Below the pieces are notes generated by a model. It saw only the letters and a program-made list of their open reading frames with translations. It made no database searches and was not told where the DNA came from. A DNA stretch of 64,000 nucleotides from an uncultured Thermomicrobiales bacterium (GTDB lineage: Bacteria > Chloroflexota > Chloroflexia > Thermomicrobiales > UBA6265): NCBI GenBank assembly GCA_902806345.1, contig CADCWF010000148.1:6724-70723 (forward strand). Reading direction: 5' to 3'. Shown here one piece after another: positions 1 through 10,114 of this stretch. Each line of letters starts with the position of its first letter. Within the stretch, counting starts at the first letter, position 1. A program made the translations under genes and the position numbers.

Positions 1-184
1 GGACGGTGGTGGTTGACGCGGCCGCCGAAGACGTCGAGGCGGAACAGGCGGCGGGCGAGTAGTCGGGACCGCCGCATCGGTTTCCGTAGGGGAGGGCCTT
101 GTGCCTCTCACGGCGCGAAGCGCCATATCCCGTGCGGCTGGGTGGAGCGGGCCTTCGGCCCGCGGGAGGGCACAAGGCCCTCCC

Positions 185-910
185 CTACAATGTGGTCGCC
201 CCTGCCCGCCTCAGCCGATGCAGCCCGACCACGACGCCGGCGTCCTTCGGGTCGGGCCACGGCCCGGGGTGCTCCTCCGACTCGATCTGCCAGCCGCGCC
301 GCCGGGCGGCATCCAGCCACGCCAGGGCCACCGCGCGGCCCGGCTCGGCGAGCCAAATCAGTCCGCCGGGCGACACCACCTGGTCCGCAAAGGCGAGCAG
401 CGGGTCCATGTCGCGCTGCTCGTAGAGGATGTCGGCGGCGAGGACCACCGGGAACGGACCGGCCAGCGCAGCCATCGTCCTCGGATCGGGGTTCCGCCAG
501 TTGAGCCGCACCGCGGCCGGCTCGGGGACGGCGTTGAGCCGGGCGTTCTCCCGGCATAGCGCGAGCGCCCCCGGGGCATAGTCGGTGACGGTCAGCTCGG
601 CCCCGGCGCGGAGCGCGGCGAACGCCGTCGTTCCGAGCCCGCAGCCAACTTCGAGCACGCGGACCCCGCGCCAGGCAGGCGCGTCTCGGGCGATCACATC
701 GGCCAGGGCGATCCCGCTCGGCCAGACCTCCGCCCAGTACGGCAGGTTCTGCTCGGGGTCGCCGGCGGCGAGATCGAGCAGATGGTCGATGTTGCCCGGC
801 CGGGCGATGTCGACCGTCGACCCCGACCAGGGAAGCGCGATCCGCTCTCGGACGAGCGGCCCGATCTGCTCAAGGATGTCTTCGGACGAGCCGCTCGGCA
901 CCTCGGGCAT
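185..910 (-). CDS. class I SAM-dependent methyltransferase (protein-lysine MTase-like)
   Basis: 241-aa ORF. SAM motif I VLEVGCGLGTTAFAA followed by acidic TVTDY. High GC3 frame, 4 nt downstream of the preceding ORF. Confidence 0.8.
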   Translation of the reverse strand: MPEVPSGSSEDILEQIGPLVRERIALPWSGSTVDIARPGNIDHLLDLAAGDPEQNLPYWAEVWPSGIALADVIARDAPAWRGVRVLEVGCGLGTTAFAALRAGAELTVTDYAPGALALCRENARLNAVPEPAAVRLNWRNPDPRTMAALAGPFPVVLAADILYEQRDMDPLLAFADQVVSPGGLIWLAEPGRAVALAWLDAARRRGWQIESEEHPGPWPDPKDAGVVVGLHRLRRAGATTL

Positions 911-913
911 GGT

Positions 914-1873
914 CTAGCCGGAAACCGGCCCACCAGCCGGCCGCGGTGCGGTCTCCACGTGCGGGCCGAACCGCGCCTCCAGCCACCGCTCGGCGAACCG
1001 ATGCAACCCGCGCGCCGGGAACAGGCAGGACGGCGCCACCGCGGCAATCCCCGACCGGCCGATGCCGACGGCCAAGGCCTGCCGCGCGATTGCGGCGAAG
1101 ACCTCCTCGCCCTCCGCCATCCCCGTGGTAGCGGCGACCTCGGCGGCGACGAGACCGTAGTCGAACGCGCCGTCGCTGGTGTCGATGTCCCGGAACTCGC
1201 GCCAGACGACGGAGGCGCCCTCCAGCAGCGGCATCCGGTAGGCGACCCGCCGCTTCGGCCCGGCCCTGGCCGTCGCCTCGGCATGGTGGAGCAACGTCAG
1301 CGTATCGAGCGGGGCTCCGAGCATCAGAACCTGACCGTCCGCCTCGACGAGCTTGGCGAGGGGCGAGCCGTGCCCGTAGGGGTCGTCCCAGGGGTGATCG
1401 GCGACCAGCCAGACCGCCCGCGGCCCGAGGGCCACTACGTTGGCCTCCGGGTGGCGGCTGCGCAGCGCCCCGGGCCAGGTGCGGATCCGCTCGGGCACCC
1501 GGCCGTGCTCGCGGACGGCCTCGGAGGTGGCGCGGTCGAACCCGGGCGTCTCCGCCTCGACCGCGACCCTCCAGGCCGGAGGCAGCGTCGCGAGGTCGAA
1601 GGTGTCGTCCTCCCAGCCGGCGTAGGCCATCACCGTCCCCGCCGGACCGAGCGCGTCCAGGAGCGCCCGGACGACCGTCTCCGACCCGCCGACGACCCAG
1701 CCGAGGGCGCTCATCCGGGTGTGGACCATCAGGAGGCCGCCCGGCTCGATCCCGAGGCGTTGGAGGTCGGCGGCAAGCCGGGATCGGGTCATCGGTGCCG
1801 CCCCGGCGGCGATCGCCTCGTCCCTCGAGCAGGTCACGATGGGACGACCGCGGGCACGGATTGGCCGGCGCAC
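914..1873 (-). CDS. aminoglycoside N3-acetyltransferase family protein (AAC(3)-like)
   Basis: 319-aa ORF. N-terminal LxxLGIxxGxxLMVHxxMSALGWVVGG and later HPEANVVALG/LMLGAPLDTLTLLHHAE are typical of the Antibiotic_NAT family. Confidence 0.8.
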   Translation of the reverse strand: MRRPIRARGRPIVTCSRDEAIAAGAAPMTRSRLAADLQRLGIEPGGLLMVHTRMSALGWVVGGSETVVRALLDALGPAGTVMAYAGWEDDTFDLATLPPAWRVAVEAETPGFDRATSEAVREHGRVPERIRTWPGALRSRHPEANVVALGPRAVWLVADHPWDDPYGHGSPLAKLVEADGQVLMLGAPLDTLTLLHHAEATARAGPKRRVAYRMPLLEGASVVWREFRDIDTSDGAFDYGLVAAEVAATTGMAEGEEVFAAIARQALAVGIGRSGIAAVAPSCLFPARGLHRFAERWLEARFGPHVETAPRPAGGPVSG

Positions 1874-1921
1874 GTCCCGCTTCCGCGGATCTCCTCGATG
1901 ACCGGCCTTCGCACGCGCATC

Positions 1922-2968
1922 CTAGCCGCTCCGCACCCCGAGCCGGCGGGCCAGCCGGCTCTGGAAGACGACGACGATCAGGAGGAAGACGCCCCGGATC
2001 ACGTTCTCCCAAAACGGGTTGATCTCGAAGGTGCCGAAGCCGCGCTCGAAGTTGAGCACGTTGAAGATCAGCCCGAGCAGGAGGACCCCGGCCAGGGTGC
2101 CGCCGACCGATCCGACGCCGCCGGTCAGCAGCGTGCCGCCGACGACGACAGCCGCGATCGCCGACAGCTCCCAGCCGAGGCCGCCGGTCGGCGCCCCGGA
2201 GTAAGAGATTGCCGCCAGAAAGGCCCCGGCCAGCCCGGCCAGGGCACCGCTCATCGCGTAGACGACGACCAGCGTCCGCGCGATCGGGAGCCCGGCCAAC
2301 CGGGCCGCCTCCTCGTTGCCGCCGATCGCCAAGACATGGCGGCCGAAGCGGGTCAGGTTGAGCAGCACCATGCCGAGCAGGAACAGTGCCGCCGAGACGA
2401 TGACCGGCACCGGCACCGGCGCCGTCGAGACCGGGCCGATCGCCTGTCCCGCCAGGTTCGGGAAGCCGGCGGCGAAGTCGACCATCACCGGCGCGTTGTT
2501 CGAGAGCACCAGCGCCATCCCCCGCGCCGCCAGCAGCATCGCCAGGGTGACGACGAAGGGCTGGAGACGGAACCGGCCGATCAGGAACCCGTTGATCACC
2601 CCGGCGGCAAGCCCGATCGCGACCGCGCCGAGCAGCGCCGGCAGGATTCCCTGGGGGCTGAGCCGCGCCGCTGCCACCGCCGCCATCGCCGCGACCGAGC
2701 CGACCGAGAGGTCGATGCCGCCGGTCATGATCACGAACGCCATCCCGAGGGCGATGACCATGAAGTAGGAGTTGCTGGTGAGGAACGCGGTGAAGACGTT
2801 GTAGGGAGCGGAGAAGTTGGCGCCGTAGCGGACGACCCCGAAGACGACCAGGGCGACCAGCGCCACCAGCGCCCCCTGCCGCTGGATGGCGGCGACGACC
2901 CTGCCACGCGCGCGGACATCCTCCTGGTACTCGCCGTAGCCGACCGAGAGGCTCGAAGTCGACATCAA
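1922..2968 (-). CDS. sugar ABC transporter permease (CUT2/ribose-type)
   Basis: 348-aa polytopic ORF. GGIDLSVGS and GGTxLTGG motifs typical of RbsC-like permeases. Confidence 0.85.
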   Translation of the reverse strand: MMSTSSLSVGYGEYQEDVRARGRVVAAIQRQGALVALVALVVFGVVRYGANFSAPYNVFTAFLTSNSYFMVIALGMAFVIMTGGIDLSVGSVAAMAAVAAARLSPQGILPALLGAVAIGLAAGVINGFLIGRFRLQPFVVTLAMLLAARGMALVLSNNAPVMVDFAAGFPNLAGQAIGPVSTAPVPVPVIVSAALFLLGMVLLNLTRFGRHVLAIGGNEEAARLAGLPIARTLVVVYAMSGALAGLAGAFLAAISYSGAPTGGLGWELSAIAAVVVGGTLLTGGVGSVGGTLAGVLLLGLIFNVLNFERGFGTFEINPFWENVIRGVFLLIVVVFQSRLARRLGVRSG

Positions 2969-2978
2969 CGTGCTCCGG

Positions 2979-4022
2979 CTACGAGGTCCGCTGCCGCTGG
3001 AGCAGCACCGCGACGACGATGACGGCGGCGATCACGATCCGGGCGACGCCGTCGCTGATGTTGTGGCTGATCAACGTGAACCGCAGCAACTGGATGATTA
3101 GCGCCCCAAGCAGGGTGCCGAGGATCGTCGCTCGGCCGCCGGAAAGCGGCGTGCCACCGACGGCGACTGCGGCGATCGCGTCCAGCTCCATCAACTCGCC
3201 GACGCGGTGGGGGTCGGACGAACGGTTGATCGCGACGACGATCAGGCCGGCGATCCCGGCCAACAAGCCGCTGATCGTGTAGACGGTTAGCTTCACCTTC
3301 TGGATCGGGACCCCGGCCAGCCGAGACGCCGCCTCGTTCCCGCCAGTCGCCAGCACATAGCGGCCGAAAACGGTCGCCCGCAAGGCCCATGCGGCGACGG
3401 CCACGACGACCGCCATGATCAGGATCTGGAAGCGGACGCCGGCGATGCCACCGAGGCCGATGAACTCGAACCCCGGGACGAGCGGCGAGCCGAGGTTGCG
3501 AAACTCCCGCAGCTCCCCGTTGACGATCACCTGGGCGATACCGCGGCCCGCCAGGAAGAGCACAAGTGTGGCGATGATCGGCTGCAGCCCGACCTTCGTG
3601 ACAAGGGTTCCGTTGAAGAGTCCGAACAGCGCCGTTACCGCCACCGGGACCGTGAAGGCCAGGACGAGGCCGACCCACGGCGCGCCGAACTGGCCGCCGG
3701 AAACCAGGAAGAGCGGCGCGAGGACGCCGGAGACCGCCATCAAGGAACCGACCGAGAGGTCGACGCCGCCGGTGGCGATGACGAAGGTCATGCCGACGGC
3801 GACGATGACGATCGTCGCGACCTGGGTCAGGTTGGCATTGAAGGTGCCAAGCGAGACGAAGTTGGTGGTGAACAGGACGTTGTAGACGAGCAACACCACC
3901 AACGCCGCCAGCGCCCGGGCGGTCTGGCTCGTCTGGAGCACCGCCCGCAGATCGAACCCGGGTCGTCGTGAGGCGGCCAGCGGTTCCATCGCCCGCGCCG
4001 GCCTCGGCGTCGGCACCGCCAT
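2979..4022 (-). CDS. sugar ABC transporter permease (CUT2/ribose-type)
   Basis: 347-aa polytopic ORF. GGVDLSVGS and VGGTPLSGG motifs; paralog of the downstream permease. Confidence 0.85.
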   Translation of the reverse strand: MAVPTPRPARAMEPLAASRRPGFDLRAVLQTSQTARALAALVVLLVYNVLFTTNFVSLGTFNANLTQVATIVIVAVGMTFVIATGGVDLSVGSLMAVSGVLAPLFLVSGGQFGAPWVGLVLAFTVPVAVTALFGLFNGTLVTKVGLQPIIATLVLFLAGRGIAQVIVNGELREFRNLGSPLVPGFEFIGLGGIAGVRFQILIMAVVVAVAAWALRATVFGRYVLATGGNEAASRLAGVPIQKVKLTVYTISGLLAGIAGLIVVAINRSSDPHRVGELMELDAIAAVAVGGTPLSGGRATILGTLLGALIIQLLRFTLISHNISDGVARIVIAAVIVVAVLLQRQRTS

Positions 4023-4025
4023 CGG

Positions 4026-5630
4026 CTACCGTCCTTCCGCCGTGACGGTCGCCGGGTCGGCGATCGGCCCGCCACCCGCGTGAGCAGCGATGCCGACGCG
4101 TTCGCCTTCACCGTGGGCCATCGCCGTCATCACCGCATCCTGGGAGATCTCGTCGCGGCCGAACTCGGCGACCGTCTTGCCGTCCCGGAGGACCACGACC
4201 CGGTCGGAGCCTTCGGTGATCTCCTCGATCTCGGAGGAGATCATCAGCACCCCCAGCCCGGCGTCGGCGAGTTCATCGATCAGCCCCTGAATCTCCGCCT
4301 TGGCCCCGACGTCGATGCCGCGGGTCGGCTCGTCGAGCAGCAGCAGTTTGGGGTTCAGGCAGAGCCAGCGGGCGAGCAGCACTTTCTGCTGGTTGCCGCC
4401 CGACAATTCGCGGATCGTCTGCTCCGGGCCGGCGGTCTTGATCCCGAGCCGCGAGATGAACCGGTCGACGATCTCGTCCTGCCGCTTGCGATCGACCACG
4501 CCGTTCTTCGCCAGCGTCGGCAGGGCGGCGAGCGTCAAGTTCTCGCGGACGGACATGTAGGGCACGATGCCGTCGGCCTTGCGGTCTTCGGCCAAGAAGC
4601 CGAATCCCTCCCGGATCGCGTCGCGCGGCGACCGCAACTTGGCCGGCTTGCCGTTGACCTCCATCTCGCCGCCCTCTGGGGCATCGGCGCCGAAGACGAT
4701 CCGCGCGACCTCGCTCCGCCCCGACCCGAGCAGCCCCGCCAGGCCGACGATCTCTCCCGGCCGCACGGCCAGGTCGGCGTCGTGGAGACGGGGCGCCAGC
4801 GCCGCGTCGTGCAGTTCGACCACCGGCAGCCCATCGGCCTGGGCCGTCCGTCGACCGAAGCCGGTGGCCCCGGAGCGGCGCACCTCGCCGACTTCCTTGC
4901 CGAGCATCAGGGCCACAAGCTCCAGCTTGCCGACCTCCCCCATCTCGCGGGCGGCGACCGTCTTGCCGTCGCGCATGATCGTGACCCGGTCGCAGACCGC
5001 GTAGAGCTCGTCGAGCCGGTGGGTGATGAAAACCACCGAGACGCCCCGCCCCTTCAGCTCCCGGATCACCCCGAAGAGCGTCTCCACCTCGCGGTCGTCG
5101 AGCGACGAGGTCGGCTCGTCCATGATGACCAGCTTGGTGTCGAACGAGACCGCCCGTGCGATCGCGACCATCTGCTGGAGCGCGATGTTGAGCTCGCCGA
5201 GCGGACGCCGGGGGTCGACCGAGACGCCCATCCGGCTGAGGATCTCCCACGCCTCGCGGTTCATCCGGCTCCAGTTGATGAGGCCGAACCGCCTCGGCTC
5301 CCGTCCCATGAAGACGTTCTCGGCGACGGAGCGGTAGGGGACGAGGTTGATCTCCTGAAAGATCGTGCTGACGCCGGCGAGCTGGGCCTCCTGGGTCGAG
5401 CCGAAGTCGACCGGCCGACCGTCGAACGTCACCGAGCCGCCGTCGCGGCGGTAGGCACCGTTCAGGATTTTCATGAGCGTGCTCTTACCGGCGCCGTTCT
5501 GGCCGACCACGGCGTGGACCTCGCCGCGGCCGACGCGGAGCGATGCCTCATCGAGCGCGAGCACGCCGGGGAAGGTTTTGACGACCCCATCCATCTCAAG
5601 GAGGGGAGGGTCGGCGTCAAGGTGGGTCAC
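4026..5630 (-). CDS. sugar ABC transporter ATP-binding protein (duplicated ATPase)
   Basis: Walker A GQNGAGKST, LSGGNQQK signature, and two Walker B sites (IMDEPT, LLLDEPT). Start set at GTG 5630, which has GGAGA 8 nt upstream; the ORF is open to 5708. Confidence 0.85.
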   Translation of the reverse strand: MTHLDADPPLLEMDGVVKTFPGVLALDEASLRVGRGEVHAVVGQNGAGKSTLMKILNGAYRRDGGSVTFDGRPVDFGSTQEAQLAGVSTIFQEINLVPYRSVAENVFMGREPRRFGLINWSRMNREAWEILSRMGVSVDPRRPLGELNIALQQMVAIARAVSFDTKLVIMDEPTSSLDDREVETLFGVIRELKGRGVSVVFITHRLDELYAVCDRVTIMRDGKTVAAREMGEVGKLELVALMLGKEVGEVRRSGATGFGRRTAQADGLPVVELHDAALAPRLHDADLAVRPGEIVGLAGLLGSGRSEVARIVFGADAPEGGEMEVNGKPAKLRSPRDAIREGFGFLAEDRKADGIVPYMSVRENLTLAALPTLAKNGVVDRKRQDEIVDRFISRLGIKTAGPEQTIRELSGGNQQKVLLARWLCLNPKLLLLDEPTRGIDVGAKAEIQGLIDELADAGLGVLMISSEIEEITEGSDRVVVLRDGKTVAEFGRDEISQDAVMTAMAHGEGERVGIAAHAGGGPIADPATVTAEGR

Positions 5631-5762
5631 GCGGCGTCTCCGGGAGGGTGACAACCCGAGCGGACCGACGCTGGCGACCAGCGTCGAGGGAGGAGGCACC
5701 GGGGCCAACGCCGGGGGCGGCCGTCGGCCGCCCCCGGCGTTCCGTTCCGAGAGGAGAACGAT

Positions 5763-6794
5763 CTAGTACTGGGTGCCCTGGAACTCCGCGGCGTTGCTCT
5801 CGTCGAAGAAACGATCCTCGACCTTGACCCAGTCGGGGATCTCCTCGCCGGCGATGTACTGGTCCATCGTCGCGAACGCGATCGGCCCGAAGAAGGGGCT
5901 CGACTCGACCGTGGCGCCGAGGGTGCCGTCGACGATCGCGTCCAGGGCGGCGTTGGAGCCGTCGATCGAGACGAGGGTGACGTCCTCGCCCGGGGCGCGG
6001 CCGGCCTCCTGCAGCGCCGCGATGGCACCGATCGCCATCTCGTCGTTGTGGGCGTAGACGGCGGTCACGTCCGGGTTGGCCTGCAGCAGCGTCTGCATCA
6101 CCTCGCGGCCCTGGTCGCGGGTGAAGTTGCCCGTCTGGGAGGCGATGATCTCCATCCCGGCGATGGGGCCGTCCGGCGTCGGCGACCCCTGGACCATGCC
6201 GGCCAGGTAGTCCTCGAACCCCTGCTGGCGGTCGATCGCCGGGTCGGCGCCGGTGGTGCCTTCGAGCTGGATGATCCGGGCCTCGCCGCCCGTCGCCTCG
6301 GCCAACCACTCGGCGGCACGGCGACCCTGGTCGATGAAGTCGGAGCCGATGAAGGTGACGTAGTCCTCGCCCGGCGCGGCGATCGAGTGGTCGACGTCAC
6401 GGTCGATCAGGATGACCGGGATGCCGGCGGCCTTGGCCTCCATCACCACGGGAGCCAGCGCCTGCGACTCGCGGGGCGGGAAGATCAGGATGTCGACCCC
6501 CTGAGCGATCAGCGACTTGACGTCGGCGATCTGCTTGGCGGTGTCCTCGTTGGCGTTGGTCTCGACCAGCGTGTAGCCACGGGCGGCGGCCTCGTCCTGC
6601 ATCGACTTCGACTCGGCGATCCGCCACGGGTTGTTGAGGTCGGTCTGGGCGAAGCCGATGGTGTAGGTGTCCTGTTGTTCCAGCGGTGGCGGCGCCGCGA
6701 AGGTCGTGCCGGTGAAGTAGCGGCCGGCGACGAACAACCCCGTGCCGGCGGCCGACAGCCGAAGGACGGAACGGCGGGTCAGGATCCGAGACAT
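5763..6794 (-). CDS. periplasmic sugar-binding protein (PBP type I) with Tat signal
   Basis: Start at ATG 6794 after AAGGAGA. Signal MSRILTRRSVLRLSAAGTG. The body resembles RbsB/LacI-type binding proteins (FAQTDLNNPWR, DILIFPP). Confidence 0.85.
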   Translation of the reverse strand: MSRILTRRSVLRLSAAGTGLFVAGRYFTGTTFAAPPPLEQQDTYTIGFAQTDLNNPWRIAESKSMQDEAAARGYTLVETNANEDTAKQIADVKSLIAQGVDILIFPPRESQALAPVVMEAKAAGIPVILIDRDVDHSIAAPGEDYVTFIGSDFIDQGRRAAEWLAEATGGEARIIQLEGTTGADPAIDRQQGFEDYLAGMVQGSPTPDGPIAGMEIIASQTGNFTRDQGREVMQTLLQANPDVTAVYAHNDEMAIGAIAALQEAGRAPGEDVTLVSIDGSNAALDAIVDGTLGATVESSPFFGPIAFATMDQYIAGEEIPDWVKVEDRFFDESNAAEFQGTQY

Positions 6795-7094
6795 CGCGTC
6801 GATCTCCTTTGCTCCGGCGAGGCGGTCTCGTCGTCGAGCCTCCCGCCGCCCGGCGCCCGAAGCCGGACGCCCAACCATTGCCGGCCCGGCCGATCGTCCC
6901 ATGGCGGAGTGCGCGACGAACCGGCAGGGCAGGTGACGGCCACCCGGATTCTACCGCCCGCCGGCTCCCCGTCAATCGCAGGGGGTGGCACGACCGCGGA
7001 AAGCGTTCCGGTTCCGAATCGAACATCGTAGACTCACGAGCAGATAGTCGTCGGGCCGCGTGCGACGAGACCGGGCCGGAGAGGGGAAAGGTTC

Positions 7095-8288
7095 GTGCGG
7101 ATCACCGAGGTGGAAACCCTCAAGCTGCGCTACGTGATGGACGTGCCGATGGCCGACGCCGTCCATTACATGCCGGAGCGCAATCTCCTGCTGGTCCAGG
7201 TCCACACAGACGAGGGCCACGTCGGTCTCGGGGAGTGTGCTGCCTACGGCGGCACCCTCGACAGCATGGAGGCGGTCGTCCTCGGCGACCTCCGGCCGAC
7301 GCTGCTCGGCGAGGACCCGTTCACCGTCGAGCGACTGTGGTCGAAGATGGCGTGGCGGAGCCATCAGCGTGGCCACCGCGGGATGCTGCCGATGGCGATC
7401 AGCGGGGTCGACATCGCCCTCTGGGACATCATCGGGCAGGCGACGAAGACGCCTCTCTACCGGCTGCTCGGCGCCTACCGCGACACCCTCGACGCCTACG
7501 CCAGTGCCGGCTTCTACGCCGGCAACAAGGGTGTCGCCGAGGTGGCCGAAGAGTTCGCCGGCTACGCCGCGCGAGGCTTCCGGTTCGGCAAGATGAAGGT
7601 CGGCCGCAACCCCGACGTGATGACCAACCCCCTCCACGACATGTGGGCCAGTGACTACGCCCTCTGCTCCCTGGACGAGGACGTCGAACGGGTCAAGGCG
7701 GTCCGCCGAGCCGTCGGCCCGGGGTTCAAGCTGGCGATCGACGTCAACAACGCCTGGACCCCAGCCGTGACCCTCCGCTTCATGCGGCAGGTTGACGACC
7801 AGGACATCTTCTGGCTGGAGGAGCCGGTGCCGACTGATGACGTCGCCGGCAGCGCCGAGATCGCCCATGTCCTCGACGTGCCCGTGGCCGGCTACGAGTC
7901 GGAGACGGGGCTTGGCGGCTTCCGCGACCTGATCGAGCGGAAGGCGGTCGACATCGTCCAGCCGGACGTGATCTGGACCGGCGGCATCACCGAGTGCAAG
8001 AAAGTGGCGGCGCTGGCCCACGCCCACCGGCTGCCGGTCATCCCCCACGTCTTCTCGTCGGCGGTCGCGGCGATCGCCAACATGCACTTCATCGCCTCGA
8101 TCCCGAACGGCGGCCTGCTGGAGTTCGACCAGAACCCGAACCCGCTCCGCTCGGAGCTGTTCGAGGAACCGATCGAGGTCGGCAGTGACGGCAGGGTGCC
8201 GTTGCCGGAGCGGCCGGGGCTCGGGGTGATGCTAAACCAGGCAACGGTCGACAGGTACCGGGTGGAGACGGACCCGACGCCGGTATAG
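7095..8288 (+). CDS. enolase-superfamily enzyme (mandelate racemase/muconate lactonizing family, probable sugar-acid dehydratase)
   Basis: 397-aa ORF. ISGVDIALWDIIGQATKTPLYRLLGA, KMKVG and FWLEEP are metal/catalytic region motifs. Confidence 0.9.
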   Translation: MRITEVETLKLRYVMDVPMADAVHYMPERNLLLVQVHTDEGHVGLGECAAYGGTLDSMEAVVLGDLRPTLLGEDPFTVERLWSKMAWRSHQRGHRGMLPMAISGVDIALWDIIGQATKTPLYRLLGAYRDTLDAYASAGFYAGNKGVAEVAEEFAGYAARGFRFGKMKVGRNPDVMTNPLHDMWASDYALCSLDEDVERVKAVRRAVGPGFKLAIDVNNAWTPAVTLRFMRQVDDQDIFWLEEPVPTDDVAGSAEIAHVLDVPVAGYESETGLGGFRDLIERKAVDIVQPDVIWTGGITECKKVAALAHAHRLPVIPHVFSSAVAAIANMHFIASIPNGGLLEFDQNPNPLRSELFEEPIEVGSDGRVPLPERPGLGVMLNQATVDRYRVETDPTPV

Positions 8289-8441
8289 CCGGTATCGCCG
8301 ATCTCGCCTCCATCGACAGCTTTGCAACGGATGGAGCGGGTGTGCGGCGCACGGGCGCTCCAAGCAGCACCCCTACCAGCGATCGCGATAGCGAACCGAG
8401 CCATAAACCTTGGATCGGCGACAACGGAGGAGGAGCAATCG

Positions 8442-9221
8442 GTGAAACTGCAAGGCAAGGTCGCCATCGTCACCGGCGCCGCGTCCGGCATGGGGCGGGC
8501 GATCGCCCACCGCTACGCGGCGGAGGGCGCCCGCGTCGTCGTCGCCGACGTGAACCTGGCTCAGGCGCAGAAGGTGGTCGACGAGATCGGTGGCGAGAAG
8601 GGCGAGGCCCTCGCGGTCGATGTCGATGTCCGCGACCAGGCGCGGGTGCAGGCGATGGTTGATCAGACGGTGGCGGCCCTTGGCGGGCTCGACATCCTGG
8701 TCAACAACGCCGGCGTCGGCAAGATCATCCCCTTCCTCGACACGACCGAAGCGGACTGGGACTTCATGTTCGACATCAACTGCAAGGGGCTGCTCTGGTG
8801 CTCCCAGGCGGCGGCCCGGCAGATGATCGCCCAGGGGCGGGGCGGCAAGATCGTGAACCTCGCCTCCCAGGCCGGCCGGCGGGGCGAGGCGTTCGTGCTC
8901 GCCTACTGCGCCTCCAAGGCGTGCGTCATCTCGATGACCCAGTCGATGGCGCTGGCGCTGGCCGAGCACAAGATCAACGTCAACGGGATCGCCCCCGGCG
9001 TCGTCGACACCCCCTTCTGGGACCAGGTCGACAAGCAGTTCGCGGCCCTGATGGGTCTGCCGGAGGGCGAGCCGAAGAAGCGCGCCGTCGCCTCGATCCC
9101 GCTCGGACGGATCGAGCAGCCGGAGGACGTGACCGGCGCCGCCGTCTTCCTCGCCTCGGCCGACTCCGACTACGTGACCCAGCAGACGCTCAACGTCGAC
9201 GGCGGCAACTGGCCTGGGTAG
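8442..9221 (+). CDS. SDR-family oxidoreductase
   Basis: GTG 8442 after GGAGGAGGAG. TGAASGMGRA Rossmann motif, NNAG, YCASKA catalytic motif. Confidence 0.9.
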   Translation: MKLQGKVAIVTGAASGMGRAIAHRYAAEGARVVVADVNLAQAQKVVDEIGGEKGEALAVDVDVRDQARVQAMVDQTVAALGGLDILVNNAGVGKIIPFLDTTEADWDFMFDINCKGLLWCSQAAARQMIAQGRGGKIVNLASQAGRRGEAFVLAYCASKACVISMTQSMALALAEHKINVNGIAPGVVDTPFWDQVDKQFAALMGLPEGEPKKRAVASIPLGRIEQPEDVTGAAVFLASADSDYVTQQTLNVDGGNWPG

Positions 9222-9235
9222 GGCGGGGGTACGGG

Positions 9236-9817
9236 ATGGCTCGGGAGCTCGCTTACCGCGGACGAACAGGGCGACGGCCGAGAGGCCTCGGCGCCGCCTC
9301 GCCAGCCACCATGTTCATCCAGGGCACGGGCTTTCCCGCCTGGGGTCCCGGCGGCATCTACTACGTCCGCCTCGGCCCCGAGTCGATCGTCGTCCGCGAC
9401 GTGCGGGCCGGGCGCGAGGTTGAGGACGTGCCGGTAGCGACGGTCGATGCCGACGGTCATGTCTTGGCCATCGGACGAGCAGCCGAGGGGCACGACGGCC
9501 GCGACGACGGACGGGCCACCCTCCGCCGACCGTTCGTCGGGCCCGCCGTCGCCGCTGCCGACCGGGAGGTCGCTGTGGAGATTCTGCGGCACCAGCTCTC
9601 CCGACTCAGGCGCGTCTCCTGGTTGCCGATGATGATCCGGGGCATGGTCGTCCACCACCTCGCGGCCGATTCAGAGGTCCTGGAGATTGACGCGCGGGAG
9701 GCGTTGCTGGCGGTGGCGAGGCAGGCGGGGGCCCGCGCTCCGATCGCCTGGGCCGGACGTCAGTTGTCCGACCAGGAGGTCATCGAGGCGATCGCGCCGC
9801 CGGCCTACCGGCTCTGA
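9236..9817 (+). CDS. hypothetical protein resembling the N-terminal half of an MreB/actin-fold protein
   Basis: 193-aa ORF with a coding-like codon-position GC pattern. By eye it aligns to MreB residues about 10-165 ([47 protein letters not shown]). It lacks the DxGT phosphate-1 motif and the whole C-terminal half. Confidence 0.5.
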   Translation: [193 protein letters not shown]

Positions 9818-10114
9818 TCGCATTCGCCTTGGAGGTCCAAGAGGCCGGCCAACGTTCGGGTTCTCGACGGTCGCCCGCGGCGAAGGGATCCGGATCGATT
9901 TCCGCACCCCCTGCTCCTCGCCAGCTGCGGAAGGAACGGGGAAATGCCGGCCACGCTGACTCACTTTCCGCGCCCTCCGAACGTGGGAGAAGGGCGGCGG
10001 GTGCGGGTGCTGTGGCGAAACCGCCGCGCATCTGGCCATTGCCCGACGTTGCCGGCTCGGCTACCCTGCCGGCCCGTCCTGGACCATCCGGGCGCTTCGG
10101 CGTGGAGATTGCCC

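Noticed and set aside
782-3022. A very long ORF (746 aa). There are similar giants at 31276-33042, 43950-45812, 45873-47630, 50675-51658 and 61229-63274.
   Set aside because: These are extremely Arg/Pro/Gly/Asp-rich. Each lies antisense or out of frame to a gene with clear family motifs. They are classic high-GC shadow ORFs.
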